This document shows, piece by piece, positions 47,066 through 58,300 of a stretch of DNA of 64,000 nucleotides. The stretch's first letter is position 1; the number at the start of each line of letters is the position of its first letter. Under the pieces are notes generated by a model. That model saw only the letters and a program-made list of their open reading frames with translations. It ran no database searches and was not told where the DNA came from. The translations under genes and the position numbers were made by a program. The DNA is from Chiloscyllium plagiosum (Eukaryota): positions 4,203,111 through 4,267,110 of the forward strand of contig NC_057757.1 of the NCBI RefSeq assembly GCF_004010195.1, given 5' to 3'.

Positions 47066-49099
47066 AATCATGCTTCGGGGCCCGCGGTGAATTAAAACCT
47101 AAATGGCGTGCTCTCTGTGTGTGTGTGTGTGTGTGTGTGTGTCATCCCATGCTCCGCACACATTCGCGGTTTGGGGTGTGACCTGCCTGCACTGCATTCC
47201 TCTCTGGCCACTCTGTCCAAGTCCTCCTGCCACCTCCCCGCTTCCTGCACACTGCCCACCCCTCTGCCGAAAGTCATACAACACAGAAACAGACCCTTCA
47301 GTCCAACCAGTCCATACCGCAAATTAAACTAGCCCCACCTGCCTGTTCCTGGTCCATAGCCTTCCTGTCCAAATGTCTCTTAAACATTGCAGTTGTAACC
47401 CACTGATTCCTCTGAAAGCTCATTCCACACACGGAGCACTCTCTAAAACCTTGCCCTTTATGTCTTTCTAAAATCTTTCTCCGCTCACCTTAAAAATATC
47501 CCCTACCATAGAGACAAGATAACCACAATTTTATCTTCTCGTTGCTTTACAAACTTCTACTAGGTTGCCTCTCCACTCCCTAAGCTCAAGTGATAAAGGT
47601 CCCAGCCTATCCAGCCCTTCCTTATAACTCAAACCTTCCATGCTTGGCAACATCCTGGTGAATCTCTTCTGAACCCCCTCTCCAGCTTAATAATATCCTT
47701 CCTATTAGCAGGGTGACCTTTCTTAGTCTCATCTGCAGACTTCGTAACAATGCCTTCAGTTCCTTTATCCCAAATCTTTAATATAAACGTGAATAGTTGT
47801 GGTCCCAACACGGACCCTTGTGGAACCCCACTAGTCACTGCTGCCATCCTGAAAAAGACCTCTTCATACTTACTCTCTGTCTTCTGCCAGTCAGCCAATC
47901 CTCTATCCATGCCAGGACCTTGCCCAAAACACTATAGGCTCTTGTCTTATTTAGCATCCTACTATGTGGCACCTTGTCAAAGACCTTCTGGAAATCCAAA
48001 CACATCACATCCACTAGCTCTCCTTTTGTCTAACTTGCTCATTACCACCTCAAAGAAGACTAATAGATTTGACAGGCATGATCTGCCCTTGATGAAGCTG
48101 TGCTCACTCTGCCCTATTATACCATGTACTTCAAGTACTTTGTAATCTCATCCTTATAAATGGGCTCTAAATTTTTACCAATGACTGAGGTTAAACTAAT
48201 GGTCCTATGATTTCCTGTCTTCTGCCTCCATTCCTTCTTAAGCACATAGACATGTGTACACACACTCTCACTCACTCACATTCACACATAAACATAGACG
48301 CATACACATAGAGACATACATACATCCGCACACATTCACACATCCACACACATACACACACGGACATAAATCTCACAGACTCACATTCAATCTCACTTGC
48401 AAACATACACACCATTCTGATTTGGAAATACATCACTTCACTTTCAGTGTCTCTGTGTCAAAATCCTGGAACCCCCTCCATCATGGCACTGTGTGGGTGT
48501 CCCCACACCACACCGGACTACAGCGGTTCAAGAAGGCAGCTCACTCCCGATCTTCTCCAGGGGGCACTGTTGAATTAATCTTTATTGGTCTCTCTCTTTT
48601 TCACACACACACTCACACACAAATTCACAAACGTACATTCACGTGCACACTCACACAGACAGCACATATATACACACATACACACAGATAAACACACACA
48701 CACATAAGCACACACATACACACAGAGATACACATTCCCACACGCACACAGATTCTCACACACACAGGTACATATACACACACGCACCCTTTCTCTCTCT
48801 CTCTCACACACACACACAGATATACACACACTCCCACATGGGAGCACATACACAATCCCTCTTTCCCAATAACTCTGCTTTTTTATATATATATTACTCC
48901 CAGGTATCTGTCAAACACCTTGCTAAAGTGTGCCTCTCAAACCGTTTCCAGCACCTTATCCAATGGGTGGGGTGGGGGTTGGGAGGTCAGTCTGACTGAA
49001 AGGTGGTGGGGTGGGGGGGTGGGAGGTCAGTCCATTTCACTCTCGATGTAACCAAAGCTGTGCTATCGACCTGACTGTGTTGACCTAAAGACTGACGGA

Positions 49100-49170
49100 C
49101 CCATCAGAATAAATATGTGTGCAATCCCGGAAGAATTCTGGCTGATGTTGTTTGGACATTGACCTCGGGG
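49100..49170 (+). promoter_or_regulatory. Putative promoter of the second protease gene (HNF4/DR1, C/EBP, STAT-like)
   Basis: TGGACATTGACCT at 49153-49165 (= AGGTCAATGTCCA), TGTGCAAT, ATCCCGGAA, AATAAATA, all 100-160 bp upstream of ATG 49269. Confidence 0.45.
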
Positions 49171-49268
49171 GAGGATGGGGGTTTTTGCTCTCGAAGCTGC
49201 GGTCTGGTCGGTGTTTTTGCAGCTGACTGGAATCTCCGCCAAGCCAGGCTGAGCTCTCACGCTTTCTC

Positions 49269-49300
49269 ATGTGCCGTGCAGCTGGCAGTGTGGTGCTGTG
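49269..49300 (+). CDS. Gene B coding exon 1
   Basis: ATG TGC CGT GCA GCT GGC AGT GTG GTG CTG TG|gtgagt; phase 2, giving signal peptide MCRAAGSVVLWALLVLWGLGDGALA. Confidence 0.65.
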
Positions 49301-52300
49301 GTGAGTAAGGCTGCTCAGTGTTGATGCCGGAGTAACTGGTCCCTGGGCTTTACCGGCTGCGTCAATGGACGTAGTGACCGCCTTCCTTTGTAATGGGATC
49401 GAATCCGTCGACCCGGAAAATTGCGCCCCCAGCTTCTACCCTGTTGTGGCTTTTCCCTCACTCTTGGGACATGGACGTCACTGGCTGGATCTTGATTTGT
49501 TGCCCGTCCCCAGTTGCCCCCTGAGAAGGTGGAGGAAGAGCTGAACAGTCTCCTTGAACCTATTCCAAGTCCAGATTGTCAGCTAGAAACCAATTCTGTT
49601 CTTGGGTGAAAAGGGAAAGATATAAAAGGGACCTAAGGGGCAACCTTTTCATGCAAAGGGTGGTGCGTGTAGGGGATGAGCTGCCAGAGGAGGTGGTGGA
49701 GGCTGGTACAATGACAACATTGAAAAGGCATCTGGATGGGTATATGAATAGGAAGGGATTGGAGGGATATGGGCTGGGTGCTGGCAGGTGGGATTAGATT
49801 GGGTTGGGATATCTGGTCGGCATGGACGGGTTGGACCGAAGGGTCTGTTTCCATGCTGTACATCTCGATGACTCTTGACTCTATGATTACAGAACACAGT
49901 CTTATGTGTATGCTTTCTACCTATCTCTCTCAGACTATTGACAATCTCTACTCTTAAGTGCTCTAGGTAGTGAGCTAAATACCACTGTATCTTAGGAGCA
50001 GGATTAGGCCATTCAGCCCCTCAAGTCTGTTCCGCCATTCAGTGAGATCATGGCTGATTTGTGGCTGAACTCCATACATACCTGACTTTGGCCCATATCC
50101 CCTTATACTGCCACTTGACAAAAACATATTGATCTCAGATTTAAAATGAACAACTGAACCAGTATCCACTGCTGTTTGTGGGAGAGATTTCCAAATGCCT
50201 ACCACTCTATCAGTGCCATAGAGTCATAGAGATGTACAGCATGGAAACAGACCCCTCGGTCCAATTCGTCCATGCCGACCAGATATCCCAACCCAAACTA
50301 GTCCCACCTGCCAGCACCCGGCCCATTTCCCTCCAAACCCTTCTTATTCATATACCCATCCAAATGCCTCTTAAATGCTGTAATTGTACCAGCCTCCACC
50401 ACTTCCTCTGGCAGCTCATTCCATACATGTACCACCCTCTGTGTGAAAAAGTTGCCCTGTCGGTCTCTTTTATATCTTTCCCCTCTCACCCTAAACCTAT
50501 GCCCTTTAGTTCTGAATTCCCCAACCCCAGGGAAAAGACTTTGCCTATTTGTCCTATTCATGCCCCTCATAATTTTGTAAACCTCTATAAGGTCACCCCT
50601 CAGCCTCCGAGGCTCCAGAGAAAACAGTCCCAGCCCGTTCAGCCTTTCCCTATAGCTCAAACCCTCCAACCCTGGCAACATCCTTGTGAATCTTTTAGAT
50701 TAGATTACTTTACAGTGTGGAAACAGGCCCTTCGGCCCAACAAGTCCACACCGATCCGCCATACCCCTAACCTAACACTATGGACAATTTAGCATGGCCA
50801 ATTCACCTGACCTGCACATCTTTCGACTGTGGGAGGAAACCAGAGCACACCCACAGGGAAAATGTGCAAACGCCACACAGTCAGTCGCCTGAGGCGGGAA
50901 TTGAACCCGTGTCTCTGGCACTGTGAGGCAGCAGTGCTAACCACTGTGTCACCCGTGCCACTCCACATAACTTTCCTGAACCCTTTCAAGTTTCACCACA
51001 TCTTTCCGATAGGAAGGAGACCAGAATTGCACGCAGTATTCCAACAGTGGCCTAACCAATGTCCTGTACAGCCGCAACATGACCTCCAAACTCCTGGACT
51101 CAATACTCTGACCAATAAAAGAAAGCATAAGAAATGCCTTCTTCACTACCCTACCTACCTGTGTCAAAGTGCTTCCTAACATCTCTCCTGACCCGAATTC
51201 TCAAACGATGTCCCCTGAGATCTAGAATCCCAAAGCAGTAGAAGTAATTTATTTTTAGCTACCCTGTCTTTTCCTGTTCATTTCTTTCAGGCGTCTATCG
51301 CATTATTTCTTAAACGTCTAAATTCTGGGGAAAGTAGGCTGAAATTTGTATCATCTCTCCACATAACTTAATCCTTGAAATCCAGAAATCCGTCCTGTAA
51401 ACCTCTGCTGTATTCTCTCTCAGGCCAATGTATCCTTCCTCAGATGTAGTGTCCAGATTTGTTCACCATACTCCCAAGTGGGGTTCAACCAGGCCATAAC
51501 TGCAGCATAACTTCAATAGAGTCATGTGCAGTCATAGAAATACACAACATGGACCTTTGATCCAACTCGTCCATGCCAACCAGATATCCCCACATAATCT
51601 AGTTCCATTTGCCAGCACTTGGCCCAGATTCCTCTGAACCCTTCCTATTCATATACCTATTCAGATGCTTTTAAATGCTGTAATTGTACCAGCCTCCACC
51701 ACTTTCTCTGGCAGCTCATTCCATGCATGCACCACCCTCTGTTGAAAAAAGGTGCCCCTTAGGTCCCTTTTATATCTTTCCCCTCTCACCCTGAACCTAT
51801 GTCCTCTAGTTCTGGACTCCCCCACCCCAGAGAAAAGACCTTGTTTATTTACCCCATCCATGCCCCTCATGATTTTATAAACCTCAATAAGGTCACCCCT
51901 CAGCCTCTGATGCTCCAGGGAAAACAGCCTCAGCCTATTCAGCCTCACCCTATAGCTCAAACCCTCCAACCCTGGTAACATTCTTGTAAATCTCTTCTGA
52001 ACCCTTTCAAGTTTCACAACATCCTTCCGATAGGAAGGAGACCAGAATTGCGTGCAATATTCCAAAAGTGGCCTAACCGATGTCCTGAACAGCCACAACA
52101 GTCTCAACTCCTATACTCAATACTCTGGTCAATAAAGGAAAGCATACTAAATGCCTTCTTCACTCTCCTATCTCCCTGTGACTCCATATCCTTGTGTTTG
52201 AGTCCTTTAGGTATAAAGACCAGCCTTCTGTAGGCTTTCTCAATTATTTCCTGCAGCTATTTATGCCTCTTTAAAGATTCACGGACTTTAACTTCACACC

Positions 52301-55300
52301 ATCTCAAAATTTCATTTATGGATGTCTTGTGAAAATGGGGTCAGGGATCAGCAGTGACCTTCATTCCTCACTGTCAATAGTTTGTAACATTTGTCAAAGA
52401 GGGAGTGTCTGGAAGGCCTGGAGAACTTTCAACCTTGGGTTGGTGAGCAGTGAGGAACATGCTTACAACGCCGTTGTCAAACAGTCACTACCACCAGTCA
52501 ACGAGAGACGAGGCTCCCACCCCCGCGATGGTCAATGGAGTCACCGTCATTGAGAAGCTCCATCCTTGAGAGTCCGCCATTGACCAGGCAGCGAACAGAA
52601 CCAATGGCTATTGGTTCAGTGGTTGACTCAAAGGAAGTTCTCCTACCTCTAAGCCAACCAGTCTTCGTTCAAGACCACCCTCAGGAAGTGATGGCCAGCA
52701 ATGAGGGGCTGTACGGTGGCTCAGTGGTTAGCACTGCTGCCTGTCAGCACTAGGGGACCCAGGTTCAATTCCAGCCTCAGTGTGGGGAGTTTGCAAGTTC
52801 TCCCTGTGTCTGCATGGGTTTCCTCCAGGTGCTCCAGTGTCTGCCCACAGTCCAAAGATATGCAAGTCAGGTGAATTGGCCATGGTAAATTCACCATAGC
52901 GTTAGGTGCATTAATCAGGGTTAATTGTAGGGGAATGGGTCTGGGTGGGTTGCTCTTCGGAGGGTTGATATGCACTTGGGCCAAAGGGCCTGCTTCCGCA
53001 CTGTAGGGAATCTAATCTAATCGTCCAATCAAGTAATTATAAATGGCCATCTTGCAGAGGTGCCAGTGTTGGACTGGGGTGGACAAGGTCAGAAGTCACA
53101 ATGTTATAGTCCAACACTTTCATTTGAAATCACAAGCTTTTGGAGCGCTGCTCCTTGGTCAGGTGACCTCTCACAAAAAAAAAGGTTACAGAGGCTAGGA
53201 ATCTTGATAGAGGTGTACAACATGACGAAACGCATATGTAGAGTGGATAATCAGGTGGAATTGGCTATCATGAGGGGGCATAATTTTTACGATGATTTGA
53301 GGAAGGTTTTGGGGAGATATCAGAAGTAGGTTCTTTACACAGAGAGTGGTGGGTGTGTGGAATGCACAGCCAGTGGTAGTAGTAGTAGAGGCAGGTATAT
53401 TAGAGACTTTCAGCAACTCTTGGATAGGCACATGGAAGTTAGTATAATGAAGGGTATGGAGGTTAGTTTGATCTCAGAACAAGATGAAAGTTCAGCACAA
53501 CATCGAGGGCTGAAGAGCCTGTACTGTGCTGTACTGTTCTATGTTCTAAGTTCTAGGTAATTCACCTTCCTGACTGCCCAAGGTTGATCCACCATTAACA
53601 AGGCACGAGTCAAGAGTGTGAGGGACTACTCCCCACTTGCCCCAGATGGGGGCAGCTCCAACAACACTCAAGAAGCTTGACACAAATCAAGGACAAAGCA
53701 GTACCCAGCTTGATTGGCACCACATCCACTCCCTCCACCGCAAATCCCTAAGACCATAGGAAATTGGAACAGGAGTAGGCCATTTGGGTCTGCTCCACCA
53801 TTCAATAGGATAATGGCTGATCCGACATTCCTCATATCCACGATTCCCTGACTGACCAAGAGTCTATCTCAACCTTAGAACAGGACTCTGCCCCCACAGG
53901 TCTCTGTGGCAAGGAGTTCCAAAGACTCAGAAACCCTCTAAGGGAAGAACTCCTTCCTCATCTCAGTCTTAAATCGGCTCCCCTTTATTCTGAGACTGTG
54001 CCCTCTGGTTAGGGGATTCACTCTCTCAGCATTGATCCTGTCAAGCTCCTTATGAGTCCTGCATGTCCGAATGAGATCACCTCTCATTTTTCTAAACGCC
54101 AATAAGTAGAGTCCCAACCTGTTTAGTCTTTGCTCACAAACAATCCCTCCACATCCTGGTCTCTATCGAGTCAACCTTCTCCAGCGAGCTCAGGAGCAGC
54201 AGTGTGTACCAACTACAAGATGCAGTGTAGAAACTCACCTACAAAAGCCTGATGTTGGAGGATGGAGATTTCTCAACAAGGTGGACATTTAAAGGAATAC
54301 ATGCGGGGGAGTCCCATCGCTGGTCATTGAGATGTCTTAACATCGGAAGTTTTGGTCAAAGATGCGGAACGTGATCTCAGCGAGTGCCTGTTCATTGTTG
54401 GCTCCAACAAGAGAAAACCCTGAACCCTGGAGAGAATTTCTGAGTCAACCACATCAGATGGATGTATCACTACCTGGTATGGCAACTGTACCATTCAACA
54501 TCGGAGACAGTTACAGAGAGTGGTAAACTCGGCCTGTGCAATCACAAAGGCCGACATCCCATCCACAGAATCCATCTCCCAGGCCCGCTGTCAAGGAAAG
54601 GCCGCCAGCATTCTCAAAGATCCATCCCACCCTGGCAATAACCATCGGGGAGAAGGTACAGAAGCCTGAACACACGCACCAGCTGGTTTCACAACAGTTC
54701 CTACCCTACTGTTGGTAGAATACTGAATGGACTCACAAACTTTAACATTCGCCTGTACCTGTGTCTTTGTTTTTGCTACTGTTTACCTATTATTTACTTA
54801 TCTATGTTACTTAACTTTGTGATCTGCCTGTATTGCTCGCAAAACAATGCTTTTCACTGTGCCTCTGTACATGTGACAATAAATTCAATTCAATTCAGAA
54901 TGGATCCCTTTAATTCTGCCCCTTTATCTCCTTGTTCCACCCAGGGCTCTGCTCGTACTGTGGGGTTTAGGTGACGGGGCGTTGGCCGAAGCTAACCACT
55001 CTGGCGTTTATGGTGAGATTTATTTGACAAATTACCAACATGACGATGCTCGGGCGTGGGACATTGAGGTCCCACCGGGATTTGCTGTGGGATTTCACTT
55101 CCGCCACTTTGATTTGTCAGCATCTCCGTCATGTAAGCGGCACTATTTGGAGGTACCTCAACTATTTGTCCTGTTATATAGAGATGATGTTCCACTGTGT
55201 AGCTTATGGGCAAGTGCTGGCATAGTGGGCGCGTCACTGAGCTCGGAAATCCATGCCAATGTCTTGGAGGGCCAAGCGTTTGCAACTCCACCACAGTATA

Positions 55301-58300
55301 TTGTGGAACTTGAATTCAATAAAAAGGAAATGGGGAATTAAAGCAAGACACAGTCAGCCCAGATGTTGTAAAAGCCCAGATAATAAAATCTGGGATTGAA
55401 ATCGAGCATCAGTGATGTCGACCCAGATGATGTTATGTCGTCACATGGCCATCACTTCCTGAGGGTGGTCTTGAGGCCAGACTCATTGGCTCAGCGGTAG
55501 CAGAACTTGCATTGAGTCAATAGCTGAACCCAATAGCCATTGGTCCTGTTCATTGTCTGGTCAATGGCGGACTCTCAATGATGAAGTGGCATGGTGGCTC
55601 AGTGGTTGGCATCGCTGCATCACAGTGCCAGGGACCCGGGTTCAATTCTACCCTTAGGCGACCATCTGTGTGGAGTTTGCACATTCAACCCCGTATCTGC
55701 GTGTGTTTCCTCCAGGTGCTCTGGTCCACAGTCCAAAGATGTGCAGGCTAGAGTGGATTGCCCATGCTAAATTGCCCATAGTGTTCAGGGATGTACAGGT
55801 TAGGTGCATTAATCAGGGGTAAGTGTACAGTAACGGGGACTGGGTCTGGGTGGGATACTCTTCAGAGGTTCTTGCTGGGCTGAAGGGCCTATTTCCACAC
55901 TGTGGGGATTCTCACTGATGGTGGCTTTCATTGGCCATGGTTGTAAAAGGTTTTGCTTTCCAAAGAGTAGGAGATGAGGACAAATGTCACACTCCCAGAG
56001 AGTGTGGAATTCTCTGCCACAGAAAGCAGTTGAGGCCAAAACATTGAATGTTATCAATTAGGAGGTGGATATAGTTTAGATTAGATTACTTACAGTGTGG
56101 AAACAGGCCCTTCGGCCCAACAAGTCCACACTGACCCGCCGAAGCGCAACCCACCCAGACCCACTCCTTTACATTTACCCCTTCACCTAACACTACGGGC
56201 AATTTAGCATGGCCAATTCACCTAACCTGCACATTTTTGGATTGTGGGAGGAAACCGGAGCACCCGGAGGAAACCCACGTAGACACGGGAAGAATGTGCA
56301 AACTCCACACAGAGAGTCACCTGAGGCGGGAATTGAACCTGGGTCTCTGGCACTGAGAGTTCAAGGGATCAAAGGGTATGGAGAGAACGTGGGAATGGGG
56401 GCTGAGTTGGATGGTCAACCATGATCCTGTTGAATGGTGAGGATCAGGGCTGAATAGCCTGCTTCCTTTCCTGTTTTCTGTTCCTCAACCCACTAGGGCT
56501 AATGTCTGACGCCCTTCCCTGGCCTCCACGTGACTCCAGGCCTGATATGAGCGACATTGAACAGCCTTCTGTGGGCCAAGAAATGCTGGCCCACCCAGGG
56601 ACGCCGTCCAGCTCGTTAAAAACCGCCATAACGCTGACCACATGTCTCAACCTTCCTTGGTCTCCATCACTCCACCATTGGAGGCAGCCATTTCTTGGGA
56701 AAGCATGAGAAGTAGGAGCAGGACAAAGGCCATTTAGCCCCTTGAGAGTGCTCTGCCTTCAGCTTCCATGCCTGCTCATCTCTGGAATACCTACTAGAAA
56801 CAGAGAATCAGACAACAGCACAAGAAATAAGAGATGGATTAGGCTATTCAGCCTCTTGGGCCTGCTATGTCATTCAAATTGATTGCTGCCAATCCTGAGT
56901 TTGGATTCTACTTCTCTGCCCATTCTCACATCCCTTAATTTCTCCCAAAAAGTTCCAGCTTTACATAGATTCAGCGATCAAGTATCGACAACACTCCGAA
57001 AGCTCGCCACCTTCTGAGGGAAGACATTTCTTCCTATCTCAGTCCAAAATGATCAGCCCCTTGTCCTGAGACTATGCTGCCCACCCTTCCATGATTTCGA
57101 TTCCCCAATCAGTAGAGACAACCCCAATGCCATCTCAACATCTGCCGTGTCCAACCCCTTCGGAATATTGTGGGTTTCAATGAGATCACCTCCCTAGGAC
57201 TATTAAACAGACTGTTAACTTAGCTCACTATTACTCCTGAACATGGGGTCCTTTTATTCAGAGCCTTGTAAGATAGTTTCCTCTCTGGCACCTCCATTCC
57301 TTTCAACTTCTGGAATTCACTTCAAAACAAGTCATGACTTCATGGTCAGTCATCGAGTCCTAGAGTTAACAGCATGGAAACAGATCCTTTGGTCCAACTT
57401 ATCCATGCCAACCAGATATCCCAAATTAATCTAGCCCCATTTGCAAGCACTTGGCCCATATCTCCCCAAACCTTTCCTATCCATATACCCATCCAGATGC
57501 CTTTTAAATGTTGTAATTGTACCAGCCTCCACCACTTCCACCGGCAGCTCATTCCATACACACATCACCCTCTGTGTGAAAAAGTTACCCCTCAGGTCTA
57601 CCTCTCCCTTCCCAATGTATCAGAGTGTTTCAATACACATTTCAACTCATCGAGTCTGTGCCAGAAAGATTTAAGATGAATACAACTATTGGAGAAGTGT
57701 TCATGCACACTCTAGACTGCGTTCGCATATACAGGTAGACGATCTTTTATCCGAAATTGCCAGGCCCGGCTGGGTTAACTGTATGCACGCCAAACAACCT
57801 TGTTAATGGGAAAAAAACTTCACAAAAAAATTTTTGGATTTCGGAGCTTTTAGGATTTTGGAACTTCAGATAACGGACCGTCTACCTGTACTAACTGCAA
57901 CATACGACTGTTGTGGATACTGTTATTCACAGTACATGCGTTGCTATAGCGCCTCTCACTCAAGGAACTTGTTTTCCTTTCCCTCTCCCTCTCTCTCTGT
58001 CTGAGTTAGAAAACCCAAGTCGGCTGATATTTGACCAAGTCGCTCCCTGGGAATAGCTACCCATGTGCGGAGCCACTCCAAGGTTTTGTGCATGACAAAC
58101 CATGGCCTGACCTCCCATTCTGGAAGTCACTACCACACACCAGACCACAGATGCCTATACAGAGAGAGAAGAAATAAGAGGGAACACTGCCTGGGAATGG
58201 CAGGGGGAGGAAATTGCTTGTCACTTAACTTCTTGGTCATGTTCACTGTTCAAGAAAACTTTCTGACCTTCATTATCCTTTTTGTTTTGAAAAGCCAGAC

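Noticed and set aside
48254..48999. His/Thr-rich ORFs
   Set aside because: Translation of degenerate (CA)n repeats
52710..52780. tRNA-like heads with A/B boxes (also ~39790, 55590)
   Set aside because: 5' ends of tRNA-derived SINEs, not tRNA genes
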